A stretch of DNA of 64,000 bases from Polyangiaceae bacterium (GCA_050287085.1 JBNKBE010000021.1:1124-65123), one strand, 5' to 3'. Positions 43,490-52,265 are shown, counted from the first letter of the stretch. The notes: a model not told the origin generated them from the letters alone. Numbers and translations are program-made.

Positions 43490-44880
43490 CAGCGAACCTT
43501 CACCCGTGAAATGAGCTCTTCGAGCAGCTGGTCGGCGGTGCTTAGCACCTGGGATGCGGCTTGAAACGCCCGCTGGTACTTGGTGAGAGCGACCATTTCC
43601 TCGTCGAGGTTGACGCCACTGGTCGCCTCTCGCATGGTAAATAGTTGCTCTTCGATGCCCCTTCGCACGACTACGTCTTGTTCAGCTTGTGCTTTGCGGG
43701 AGCCGACGTCCGCGACGATGGCGCCGTAGGCCTCAGCCCCGGTGCGTGTGCCGCCTTGAGCGTAACGCTGGTCGGCGAGTTGCGACAGGGCGATCGCGTT
43801 GTTGCCATCGCCCGGTATCCCCGTGGGCGTGGCGGATGCTGCCACGCGTTGCACCGTAAGCGCTGGATTGAGTCGTATCTCGCGTGCGGCGCCGAGCGTT
43901 GCCGTGCTGAAGTCGAAAAGGTCTAGGCCCGTTGAACCATCAAGTCCGAACCCGGCTTGGTGTTGAGCGTTGAGGGCGTCGCCCACCTCCTGGGCGAAGT
44001 CGTCCAGTTGCGACAGGATCTGGACAGCATGGACGTCGTGAAGCTCCCGTATCGCTCCCAGGCGACCCGCCGTTACGAACTTGGTGATTTCGCTTTGCGC
44101 TCCAGAGGCGCTCACCGCCGAGATCTTGAGGGAGCTGTCGTCCGCCAGGCTAACGCGGAGCGTTCGATAGACGTCACCTTCTACCAGCACAGTGCCCGCG
44201 CCTTGGATGACGAGCTGTCCTTTCTCGTTCTCGAAGGTGTGAACGTTGACAAGTTCACTGAGGGAACCGATCAGCTGATCGCGCTTGTCCCGAAGGTCAG
44301 AAGCGTCGTGACCACCGGCTTCGGCGGTCTGGATCTGTTTGGTGACCTTGGCGATATCCTCCGTCAGGCGATTTACCTGTTCGGTGGCGTCAACGGCCTG
44401 CTCCGTGAGGTCCGTTCTAAAGCGCGAGACCTGGCTAGCGGTTTCGTTGAGCCGTGTGGCGAATTGGTCTGCTCGCGAGAGGACTGCCGCGCGCGAGGAT
44501 AGATTGCTTGGATCCGTGGACAGTTGACTGAAGGCGGCGAAGAGATCGGTCAGGGCCGAGCCCACGTCCTGGCCAGAATTTACGTCGAAGAGGGACTCAA
44601 CGTAACCCAGCATTCGATCGCTTTCTTCCGCACTGGCGGACATGCCGAGCGCCGCATAGTGCCGCTGGACGGCGAAGTTGTCGACGAGGCGGTCGACGCC
44701 GCGAACGACAACGGTTCCGAAGCTCGCGTCGCCGAGCGGAAGCGACTCCAGGTTCGCGCGGCGACGCGCATATCCAGGCGTATTGACGTTGGCGACGTTT
44801 TGGCCAGTTACGCCGAGGCCATACGACTGTGCGCTGATCGCGTCGCGCGCCGTATTGAGAATGTCGCTGAGTCCGGCCAT
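43489..44880 (-). CDS. flgK: Flagellar hook-associated protein FlgK
   Basis: LNTARDAISAQSYGLGVTGQNVANVNTPGYARR and C-terminal VNLDEEMVALTKYQRAFQAASQV. Confidence 0.9.
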   Translation of the reverse strand: MAGLSDILNTARDAISAQSYGLGVTGQNVANVNTPGYARRRANLESLPLGDASFGTVVVRGVDRLVDNFAVQRHYAALGMSASAEESDRMLGYVESLFDVNSGQDVGSALTDLFAAFSQLSTDPSNLSSRAAVLSRADQFATRLNETASQVSRFRTDLTEQAVDATEQVNRLTEDIAKVTKQIQTAEAGGHDASDLRDKRDQLIGSLSELVNVHTFENEKGQLVIQGAGTVLVEGDVYRTLRVSLADDSSLKISAVSASGAQSEITKFVTAGRLGAIRELHDVHAVQILSQLDDFAQEVGDALNAQHQAGFGLDGSTGLDLFDFSTATLGAAREIRLNPALTVQRVAASATPTGIPGDGNNAIALSQLADQRYAQGGTRTGAEAYGAIVADVGSRKAQAEQDVVVRRGIEEQLFTMREATSGVNLDEEMVALTKYQRAFQAASQVLSTADQLLEELISRVKVR

Positions 44881-44931
44881 AGGTCATCGTCTCGTCGCGG
44901 GGGGAATTCGTGGCGCGACTGTTGGTGGAGC

Positions 44932-44947
44932 AGCAAGAGTGATGCCA
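44932..44947 (-). promoter_or_regulatory. sigma54 promoter candidate for flgK-flgL
   Basis: Minus strand TGGCATCactcTTGCT. The -12 C lies 53 nt upstream of the flgK ATG. Confidence 0.6.
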
Positions 44948-45223
44948 TCCCGGACGCCTCTGAAGTCGCCTGCCATGGGCCGCCCGGGGGTAGCGCGTTG
45001 GGGAGAGCGCCATGAGACAGCCGCTGGGGCCGCCAGCCGCGTGGCGCCCGAAAGGCAACGCGTCCGAGCCTTCCGTCTGAAGCAGCATCGGGGCAGCCTC
45101 ACCCCCGGACTGCGGCGCGGGCGTCAGCAACACGTCTCGAGCACCAAGCTTCCAAGGTGGAGCGAGTCCCGAGGGGCAGGAACGCGGTGGCGGGCGAGGC
45201 GCTGCGCGGTGGCGGGCAGGAAG

Positions 45224-45571
45224 CTACCCGCGGATGTTCACGGCGAGCGGTCGTGGTGCGACTTTTGAGGCTTGTCCACCAGCACCCGGTAGGGTGGCGC
45301 CGGCCAGCATCTGCAGGACACCCTGGGTGCACGCCCGGGCGTGAGCCAGCAGGCGCTGGTTCTCAATCGCGCTGCGGCGCAGTGAGGTCAGTCGCGTCAC
45401 GGCCGAGTCCGAAGCCGCGTTCGGGATCGGTAGCTGCTTGAGCCGCACGTCCAACGCGAGCTTGCGTTCCGCGGCTTGTTCAATGGCGGTGCGGTCGAGG
45501 CGTCGAAGCGCCTCCCGCTCGTCGCCGAGGATCTGCTCGAATTCGTCCAGGAGCAGATCGAGCTGCGTCAC
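45224..45571 (-). CDS. flgN: FlgN-like flagellar chaperone
   Basis: 115-aa helical protein immediately downstream of flgM (adjacent codons). The call rests mainly on position and composition. Confidence 0.55.
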   Translation of the reverse strand: MTQLDLLLDEFEQILGDEREALRRLDRTAIEQAAERKLALDVRLKQLPIPNAASDSAVTRLTSLRRSAIENQRLLAHARACTQGVLQMLAGATLPGAGGQASKVAPRPLAVNIRG

Positions 45572-45856
45572 TTATAGACTCCCGCTTTCGAGCATACGCT
45601 GCGCGACATGGGTGGAGTCCACCCGGAAGGTGCCGTCCGCAATGGCGGCTCTCAGGGCGTCGACCTTGGCGTGATTGACTTGACCAGAGCTGGCCGCCAA
45701 GGACTGCGCTTCAGCCGAGATGGAGACCTTGGCTGCTTCGCTTGCACTGCCTCGTGTGGTACTCGAGGTCCCTTCCGTACGCTGCTGGGGCGCGACGGGT
45801 TTGACCGCCATGCGTTGGTATGCGTCGAGGGCTGGGTTTCCGGTAATTCCCTTCAT
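45572..45856 (-). CDS. flgM: Anti-sigma-28 factor FlgM
   Basis: 94 aa. The C-terminal VDALRAAIADGTFRVDSTHVAQRML matches the FlgM sigma28-binding helices. Confidence 0.85.
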   Translation of the reverse strand: MKGITGNPALDAYQRMAVKPVAPQQRTEGTSSTTRGSASEAAKVSISAEAQSLAASSGQVNHAKVDALRAAIADGTFRVDSTHVAQRMLESGSL

Positions 45857-45926
45857 ACTAATCCTCCATCATGTTGAAGACTCGGGGCACGGCTCTTCTT
45901 CGAGCCTTCGTGGATGCCATACACAT

Positions 45927-45953
45927 ACATCGGCTAGCGCGGCCGCTTCTTGA
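45927..45953 (-). promoter_or_regulatory. sigma28 (FliA) promoter candidate for flgM-flgN
   Basis: Minus strand TCAA-N15-GCCGATGT versus TAAA-N15-GCCGATAA, about 70 nt upstream of the flgM ATG. Confidence 0.6.
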
Positions 45954-46002
45954 GGAAGTTCTGCGCTCTTTTTTTACATGTGGCATCGCCGATGACCTTT
46001 GG

Positions 46003-46401
46003 TCATTTCAGTGTGTGTTGTGATGAAACAGGGTTAGGGGTAGGAGAAGGGGAGTGTACCGGTGTGGGGCCCCCGCGGGCTGCGTCTCCGGATTCGGAGG
46101 CGGAAGAAGGTGTTGGGGAGGCGGGACGTCCGCTGAGTGCTTCGAGCACCAGAGCTGAAAGGCCGATGCCATCCCCTTGGGTTACGTTGTCCGCGATGGC
46201 TCCTACCAGCATTGAACCGTAGACGGCGGAGCCGGTCCGGCTCTGACCCCCAAAAGCGTTGGTCTGCTCGAGAGAGCTTAGCATCTGACGGACGAAAATC
46301 GCCTCGAACTGACGCGCGGCTTGCAAACGCGCCGTCTCTTCGGGCCTGCGCGTCAGCGCGGTGTCCTGGGGGGTTGGGGGAAGAGCTCCGAGCGGAATCA
46401 T
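46003..46401 (-). CDS. Rod-binding protein (FlgJ N-terminal domain only)
   Basis: AARQFEAIFVRQMLSSLEQT rod-binding motif, 132 aa, no hydrolase domain. There is a 4-nt overlap with flgI. Confidence 0.75.
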   Translation of the reverse strand: MIPLGALPPTPQDTALTRRPEETARLQAARQFEAIFVRQMLSSLEQTNAFGGQSRTGSAVYGSMLVGAIADNVTQGDGIGLSALVLEALSGRPASPTPSSASESGDAARGGPTPVHSPSPTPNPVSSQHTLK

Positions 46402-47510
46402 TGAACGAGTACCTCGGCACGCAGCGCACCGGCTGAACGAAGGGCTTGCAAGATGCTTGCCAGTTCTCGCGGCGGCACTCCGAAGGTTGCGAGTGCCTGA
46501 GCTACTTCGGCAAGCGAGTTGGCCCCGTCCAGGTATGCCACGGTGGGCTTCTCCTCGCTCGCGTCCACCTCGCTATCGGGGACGACCTGCGTGTTGCCAC
46601 CCGCGAGAGCGTTTGGCTGTTCAACGCGGGGCTTCTCCGAAACCGTAATGGTAATACCGCCTTGCGCGATAGCGACGGGAAGCAGGCGCACGTCACCACC
46701 GGCGACGATGGTGCCGGTGCGCTCGTTGATGACAACCACCGCGGCTGCCTCAGGCGTCACGTCCAGGGTGCTGAGCTCGGAGAGAAGTTGAACGCTACGT
46801 CCCTTGTAATTCTTGCCGAGCTTGACCGAGATGGCCCCACCGTCGAGCGCCTTCGCGGTGCCCTGACCTAATTTTTCCTCAATGGCGCTCACGATGCGCT
46901 GGGCGGTGACAAAGTCTGGGCGCCGAAGTGCCAGCGTAATGACACCGTCTTCGGCATAGGCCATTTTGATTTCACGTTCCACCAGCGCACCACCGGGAAT
47001 GCGTGCCGTGTTGGTCGTACCCGAGCGCACGCTGCTTCCAGAGGAGCCGCCCGCCGAAAACCCACCGATGACCAGGGGGCCTTGCGCCACCGCATAGGTC
47101 TTCCGATCGGCACCGCGCACGGCCGTTTGAACCAGAACTCCGCCCCGCAGGGAACGGGCGTTGCCGATCGATGAGATGGTTACGTCGAGCCGAGCTCCAG
47201 AGCGGGCGAAGGCTGGAATATCGGCCGTCACCATGACCGCGGCCACGTTCTTCAGCCGAAGCTGGCTTGCGTCCACTTGAACGCCCAGGCGGCGGAGCAG
47301 CGCTCTGAGCGACTGCATGGCAAAGGGGGCGCTGACGTCATCCCCGGTACCGTCCAGTCCGGTGACAACCCCGTAGCCGACGAGCTGGTTGTCGCGAACA
47401 CCCACGACATGACACAGGTCCAAAAGGCGGTCTGCCCGTGCACTTCGCGGCACCAGAGCAGCGACTAGACCGAGTAGGAGGGCTACGAGGGGAAGAATAC
47501 TTCGGGGCAT
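46398..47510 (-). CDS. flgI: Flagellar P-ring protein FlgI
   Basis: Signal peptide, then VRDNQLVGYGVVTGLDGTGD and C-terminal LASILQALRSAGAL.AE. Confidence 0.95.
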   Translation of the reverse strand: MPRSILPLVALLLGLVAALVPRSARADRLLDLCHVVGVRDNQLVGYGVVTGLDGTGDDVSAPFAMQSLRALLRRLGVQVDASQLRLKNVAAVMVTADIPAFARSGARLDVTISSIGNARSLRGGVLVQTAVRGADRKTYAVAQGPLVIGGFSAGGSSGSSVRSGTTNTARIPGGALVEREIKMAYAEDGVITLALRRPDFVTAQRIVSAIEEKLGQGTAKALDGGAISVKLGKNYKGRSVQLLSELSTLDVTPEAAAVVVINERTGTIVAGGDVRLLPVAIAQGGITITVSEKPRVEQPNALAGGNTQVVPDSEVDASEEKPTVAYLDGANSLAEVAQALATFGVPPRELASILQALRSAGALRAEVLVQ

Positions 47511-48268
47511 CAGAATGGGTTTATCCAGTCGAGCGTTTGGGTCAGCCAGCCGCGGTTTACTGTTTGATCTATATCGCCTCGCCCGGTGAACTCGACTTGG
47601 GCATCGGCAATGCGCGATGAGGAGACCGAGTTGTCCATGGCGATATCGGAGGGGCGTACCAGACCGGAGACGTAGAGGTGATACTCCTCGTGATTGATCA
47701 TCACGACCTTGGTGCCTTCGACGAATAGGTCGCCATTGGGGACCTCAGCCTTGACGCGAACGGCTACGGCGCCTTGCAACTGCCCGGCCCGACTTGTCTG
47801 GCCGTCGCCCTTGAAGCTGGTTTTACTGAGGATTGAAATGAGCTCCTCAGTATTGATTTCGGGGTGCGCATCTCGCAGCGCCGGCAGCAGTCCAAGCATG
47901 GAGCTGATGCCGTCTTCGCGTGATGTTTCGTGATTGAGTGCGGTCTTGGCGCCCCCTTTTGCATCCGCTCGCTCCTCGATTCGAATGAGTACGATGTCTC
48001 CCACCCGAACCGCGCGCGTGTCCTCCAGGTAGCCAGCGCTGGCTTCGCTGTAGATTGAGCCCTGGGCGGGTGCGGCGTCCTCGCGCGTCTGGGCGTATGA
48101 ACCCGTTTCGTACACGCGTGACTTGGGCTTGAATGGGGCGATATGCGCAGGCCCGCAAGCGGTCGCGAGCCACAACAACGCGGCCACTGAGCTCGAGCTA
48201 CGGAACGTGCGTGTATTTGGGTGGATGAGCAGGGACGCCGGGGGCGTTCGGAATGGAAGCTGCGTCAT
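47510..48268 (-). CDS. flgH: Flagellar L-ring lipoprotein FlgH
   Basis: Lipobox LLWLATAC. GDIVLIRIEE and C-terminal GWLTQTLDWINPF. The start at 48268 overlaps the flgA stop (ATGA). Confidence 0.9.
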   Translation of the reverse strand: MTQLPFRTPPASLLIHPNTRTFRSSSSVAALLWLATACGPAHIAPFKPKSRVYETGSYAQTREDAAPAQGSIYSEASAGYLEDTRAVRVGDIVLIRIEERADAKGGAKTALNHETSREDGISSMLGLLPALRDAHPEINTEELISILSKTSFKGDGQTSRAGQLQGAVAVRVKAEVPNGDLFVEGTKVVMINHEEYHLYVSGLVRPSDIAMDNSVSSSRIADAQVEFTGRGDIDQTVNRGWLTQTLDWINPF

Positions 48269-49059
48269 TGTGGGCCTGTCACGGCCGCGGTATTGGCGCT
48301 GACCAAACGCGCTCGCAGCACACGGCCCGTGCTGACTATCCGAAATGTCCCTTCTTCTCCCACGTCCAGGCTTTGAAGGGCCGTGGCGCGGGCACCCACC
48401 GTTGCATTGCCCGTGTGGATCTCGAGTAGCACGGCGGCGCCCCGGACCGCTGCATGCCGAGCCGCGGACGCGTCCAGCTGCAAGAAGACGGTGAGGGGAA
48501 CCTGCTGGTAGGGGGTGTGGTCGATGAGCAGTTCGGCGGTGAAGGTGGTCCGCACCACCCCGACCCGTTTGGGAAGCTTGGGAACTCGGACATTGCCCCA
48601 CTCGATGTCGTCGGAGATCAGCACGGCGTGATTGGCCGTCACCGCGCGGAGCGTGACCCCCGCGGGCAAGGCGCGCCGTATGTGTGGCGTCGCGAGTTGA
48701 GCCAGTTCTGCGGCCGCCACTCTTCTGCCTGCCTTCTCCGCCACTACGAGCCGCGGTAGCGTGAAGTCCTTGGGGTCAAAGCCGGCGGCGCGTATTTGAT
48801 GTTCTAGCTGGGCCAGGGTGAAGGTGCGGCGTTGTCCCGGGTGCGGGGCAGGACCCAGGTCGATGCTGCGGGCGGGCTCTTCCAGAGCTTCGACAACCTC
48901 GCCGAGCTCCACGCGAGCGCCAGCGATCGGGCGAGCGTCGTCCCCGGAGGCAAAGGCGCGGACGGCGCCGAAGAACAAGGCTGCCACCGCGCCGCGCCGT
49001 ACCCAGGTTGCATGGCGTGACCACTTGCGCTTGTGTGGACGGGAGCGTTTTTTTGCCAT
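48265..49059 (-). CDS. flgA: P-ring assembly chaperone FlgA (SAF-domain type)
   Basis: The N-terminal signal-like segment is basic. The C-terminal GARATALQSLDVGEEGTFRIVSTGRVLRARLV fits the FlgA pattern. It lies between flgG and flgH. Confidence 0.8.
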   Translation of the reverse strand: MAKKRSRPHKRKWSRHATWVRRGAVAALFFGAVRAFASGDDARPIAGARVELGEVVEALEEPARSIDLGPAPHPGQRRTFTLAQLEHQIRAAGFDPKDFTLPRLVVAEKAGRRVAAAELAQLATPHIRRALPAGVTLRAVTANHAVLISDDIEWGNVRVPKLPKRVGVVRTTFTAELLIDHTPYQQVPLTVFLQLDASAARHAAVRGAAVLLEIHTGNATVGARATALQSLDVGEEGTFRIVSTGRVLRARLVSANTAAVTGPQ

Positions 49060-49844
49060 TACTTCATCTGGGTTGCGGCGCGCAGCATGTCGTCAGCCGC
49101 GGTGATAATCTTGGAGTTGACTTCGTAGGCGCGCTGCGTGGATATCAGCCCGACCATTTCGGAGACGACGTCCACGTTCGACTTCTCGAGCGCACCTTGC
49201 AGGAGGGCGCCTCGACTGTCCGTTCCAGGGGCTCCGACCTGCGGATCGCCGCTGGCGGATGTCGCGAGATATAGATTTCGACCGAGCGAGCTTAACCCTG
49301 CCGGGTTCACGAATGCCGCAGTATTGATCTGGCCGAGCTGCGCCGGTGCTGCCTGCCCGTGCAGAGTAGCGTTGACCGTGCCGTCCGCACCCACGCTTAC
49401 ACTGAGCGCGTCGGGGGGGATAAGGATCGGGGGGTCGAGCGCGAAACCCTCAGCCGTGACGAGCTGACCCTGAGAGTCTTTCTGCAGGGCTCCCGAGCGC
49501 GTGTACGCGGGCACGCCGTCCGGCTGCTGGACGACAAAGAATCCGTCGCCCTCAATGGCGAGATCGAGAGGGGCGTCGGTCACCAAGATAGTGCCTTGGG
49601 AGAACTGGCGAGACGTGCCGGCCACTTTGACTCCGCTTCCGAGCTGGAGCCCGGTCGGTGACGCGGTATTGGCGTTCGTCTGACTGCCTGCGGCGCGCAC
49701 CGTCTGGTAGAGCAGGTCCTGAAAGTCGATTCGCTGTTTCTTGTAGCCGTTGGTATTGGCGTTTGCGATGTTGTTGGCGATGCCGTCGAGCTGAGTCTGC
49801 TGTGCGGACATACCCGTCGCCGCAATATTCAAGGAACGAAACAT
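49059..49844 (-). CDS. flgG: Distal rod protein FlgG
   Basis: MFRSLNIAATGMSAQQTQLDGIANNIANANTNGYKK and C-terminal LEKSNVDVVSEMVGLISTQRAYE. Confidence 0.95.
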   Translation of the reverse strand: MFRSLNIAATGMSAQQTQLDGIANNIANANTNGYKKQRIDFQDLLYQTVRAAGSQTNANTASPTGLQLGSGVKVAGTSRQFSQGTILVTDAPLDLAIEGDGFFVVQQPDGVPAYTRSGALQKDSQGQLVTAEGFALDPPILIPPDALSVSVGADGTVNATLHGQAAPAQLGQINTAAFVNPAGLSSLGRNLYLATSASGDPQVGAPGTDSRGALLQGALEKSNVDVVSEMVGLISTQRAYEVNSKIITAADDMLRAATQMK

Positions 49845-49856
49845 GATCTTCCTTGC

Positions 49857-49872
49857 TGCAATAGCGATGCCA
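49857..49872 (-). promoter_or_regulatory. sigma54 promoter candidate for flgG-flgA-flgH-flgI-rod-binding operon
   Basis: Minus strand TGGCATCgctaTTGCA. The -12 C (49858) lies 14 nt before the flgG ATG (49844). Confidence 0.6.
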
Positions 49873-49915
49873 TCAGGTTCGGCGAAAAAGCCTCAAGGAT
49901 ATGGCTTCGCTGCCG

Positions 49916-50119
49916 TTAAGGCGCTGCCGCATCCGTCGAAACTTCGACACCACCGTCAGCGGGATAACTCTCAGGGCTTGCCGCGTCAGATTCGTTGCGG
50001 AGTTGGCACCAGGTAAGTCGACAGCGGTAGTCGGGAGGACAGTCCGATTGTCGTAGGCACTGTACCTCGGTGCAGCCGGTCACTAGTAGCAGCCATGGGA
50101 GGGTGAGCAGAACGCGCAT
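49916..50119 (-). CDS. Small Cys-rich lipoprotein (hypothetical)
   Basis: MRVLLTLPWLLLVTGC lipobox, 67 aa, with 5 Cys in the mature part. It begins 2 nt after the upstream ORF stop. Confidence 0.5.
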   Translation of the reverse strand: MRVLLTLPWLLLVTGCTEVQCLRQSDCPPDYRCRLTWCQLRNESDAASPESYPADGGVEVSTDAAAP

Positions 50120-50121
50120 CG

Positions 50122-50730
50122 TTAGAATCCCACGCGAAAGCCGAGATCGGCCGTTAGCCAAGTCAAAACAGAATCCGGAGTGGGGCGATCGCTTCCAAGG
50201 GGGAATGACGCGAGACCGAGCTCCGCGCTGAGAGCGAGTTCGTCGGTGAAGCGAAAGATATAGCCACCGCCTGCGCGAGCGCCGAGCAGGGTGCGAGGAC
50301 GCCAAACCAAGATGGGACCGACGAATCCGGTCAATCCCCAGGGCAAGGTAGCTCTGCCGTGGAAAGCCAGTCCGAAGGAACCGCTCCGCTCGAGTTCGAA
50401 CACGCCGAAGAGTCCCATGCTGAAGGGTGTTTCGCTGCCGCCCCATTCCCCACCCAACGTCATGCGCGTTCGCGCGCGGTGCCAGTAGAGATTGCCCGTT
50501 CCAGGATCCGCCCCTTCGATCCCGGTGCCTAGGGCGAGCACTCCTTCAACCTGTCGCGGTCCATCTGCCCGGGCGTGGGGGCACCAAGTCACCGCGGCCA
50601 ATGCGAGCAGGCAGGCGTGCGCAGCAACCCGCCCCAGTGCGATTCGGGGCGCGGTTGTTCTGGCGCCAGTATCGGTCGCCGCGCGGGCGCGCCCGGCGGC
50701 GGAGACGCGGCAGCCCGTCTTGAAGGTCAT
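50122..50730 (-). CDS. Outer-membrane beta-barrel-like protein (hypothetical)
   Basis: Signal-like LLALAAVTWCPHARA, alternating Gly/aromatic beta-strand pattern, and a C-terminal ...DLGFRVGF ending in Phe. It follows the activator gene with an 11-nt gap. Confidence 0.5.
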   Translation of the reverse strand: MTFKTGCRVSAAGRARAATDTGARTTAPRIALGRVAAHACLLALAAVTWCPHARADGPRQVEGVLALGTGIEGADPGTGNLYWHRARTRMTLGGEWGGSETPFSMGLFGVFELERSGSFGLAFHGRATLPWGLTGFVGPILVWRPRTLLGARAGGGYIFRFTDELALSAELGLASFPLGSDRPTPDSVLTWLTADLGFRVGF

Positions 50731-50741
50731 GCGGTCCGGCC

Positions 50742-51851
50742 TCAGGCGGCGCGATTGATGCGCTTGCGCTTCAACATCTCGACCAGCGTCGTCCGGTTGA
50801 GACGAAGCAAGGTGGCGGCGCGATTCTTGTTCCAGCCTGTTCGGTCGAGGGCCTGCTTGATCAGTTCGTTCTCGAAGGACTCGACGGCCTGTCGCAGGTC
50901 CAGGCCCAGTTCTGGCAGCTGTGGCGAGGCGCTGCTCTGAGGAGAGTCGCCCAATCCACGCAGTTTCGCAGGGAGATCTTTGGGTTCGATGCGCTCACCG
51001 TTGCAGAGCAGTAGCGCTCGCTCGATTGTATTCTCAAGCTCGCGCACGTTTCCAGGCCAGTCGTAAGACGCCAGTAGCTGCCGGGTGGCGGCGGCCAGCG
51101 GGCGCGAAGCCCGCCCCGTCTTATGCGCCGCGCGATCCATGAAGTGTGCAACGAGGGTCGGAATGTCGCTTGCACGTCGGCGGAGGGGAGGCACTTGCAG
51201 ATGAATCACGTTGAGGCGGTAGTACAGATCTTGTCTGAACGTGCCCTTGTTCACGGCGTCCTCGAGATCGATATTGGTAGCCGCGACGACCCGCACATCG
51301 GCTTTGAGGGTGCGCGTATCGCCGACTGGTGAATACTCGTGGGCCTGGAGAACGCGCAGAAGCTTGACCTGAAGCGAGAGCGGCATCTCTCCAATTTCGT
51401 CGAGAAAGAGCGTTCCCTTGTCAGCAAGGCCGATGCGTCCAACCTTCGACGTATGGGCTCCCGTGAATGCGCCGCGGGCGTGGCCAAATAGCTCGCTCTC
51501 GAGCAGGTTTTCCGGGATGGCGCCGCAGTTGACCGCGACAAATGGACCGTTCGCGCGGTCGCTTACCTGATGTACCGAGCGGGCCACCAGTTCTTTGCCG
51601 GTTCCGCTTTCGCCTGTGATCAGGACCGTGCAGGCCGTGTCCGCGACTCGATCGACCACCTCGAATACCTCGACCAGCTCGTCGGCACCACCTACTACGT
51701 GAGCCATCGAGCGTGGACGAGGCCGACTTGGCTCCACTGGGGCACTCGCGACAGCGTCGAAGTCTTCCTGGCCGTCGTTCCCGTTGGCCACCCAGCTTTC
51801 GGTGCCATCAAGTACGAGCTCAGAAAGGTAGTCTGCTTGTTGCTTGTCCAT
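50742..51851 (-). CDS. sigma54-dependent transcriptional activator (bEBP) without a receiver domain
   Basis: Walker [17 protein letters not shown] loop, [10 protein letters not shown]-terminal Fis-type HTH. Only ~55 aa precede the AAA+ core. The start was chosen at MDKQQADY. Confidence 0.9.
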   Translation of the reverse strand: MDKQQADYLSELVLDGTESWVANGNDGQEDFDAVASAPVEPSRPRPRSMAHVVGGADELVEVFEVVDRVADTACTVLITGESGTGKELVARSVHQVSDRANGPFVAVNCGAIPENLLESELFGHARGAFTGAHTSKVGRIGLADKGTLFLDEIGEMPLSLQVKLLRVLQAHEYSPVGDTRTLKADVRVVAATNIDLEDAVNKGTFRQDLYYRLNVIHLQVPPLRRRASDIPTLVAHFMDRAAHKTGRASRPLAAATRQLLASYDWPGNVRELENTIERALLLCNGERIEPKDLPAKLRGLGDSPQSSASPQLPELGLDLRQAVESFENELIKQALDRTGWNKNRAATLLRLNRTTLVEMLKRKRINRAA

Positions 51852-51922
51852 AGTCTTGTTCACCAGTGCCTTCGGGGAGGGATGCCAGGACGCGGGAGAG
51901 CGCCCATCTCGAAGGGGTAGTG

Positions 51923-51938
51923 AGCAAGCATCGGGCCA
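51923..51938 (-). promoter_or_regulatory. sigma54 promoter candidate upstream of the activator gene
   Basis: Minus strand TGGCCCGatgcTTGCT. The -12 C lies 73 nt upstream of the ATG at 51851. Confidence 0.5.
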
Positions 51939-52123
51939 ACGTCGGGCCATTGGCACAAGCCGTTGGTTTCTTGGCGTTTTTTCCGCCTGCCTGGCTCTCC
52001 AAAGACCACACGGTAACCGGGTGTATCAAGACCGGGGCGAAAGCTAGCGCTCGCTGAGAGACACTTAATAAAGCGTAGCGATCGCACAGGCTTGTCCCGG
52101 GCCTGGGATGCAAGACACCCGTT

Positions 52124-52157
52124 GGGGTAAATTCTACCCCGGGGTCTGAAATTACCC
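52124..52157. promoter_or_regulatory. Tandem AT-cored palindromes, enhancer (UAS) candidate
   Basis: GGGGTAAATTCTACCCC (52124-52140) is followed directly by GGGGTCTGAAATTACCC (52141-52157), ~110-140 bp upstream of the flgB -24 element. An A7 tract at 52244-52250 lies between them. Confidence 0.3.
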
Positions 52158-52265
52158 AGATAGTCCTAGCCGACTAACTGGGGCTCTTCGTCGGTACAAG
52201 CCGCTATTTGCAGGGAAGAACGACGCCGGCCGGGGATCCTCAAACAAAAAAATGCAGAAGTGAGG

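Noticed and set aside
44884-45102. 72-aa minus-strand ORF in the flgN-flgK spacer
   Set aside because: Arg/Pro/Ala-rich, with no RBS. It overlaps the sigma54 promoter candidate and leader of flgK.
42385-45223. Search for a fliW gene near csrA, flgL and flgK
   Set aside because: No ORF of suitable size (~140-150 aa) or composition exists in the gaps 42385-42610 and 44881-45223. The 45224-45571 ORF is helical and FlgN-like, not FliW-like. The absence is reported as a finding.
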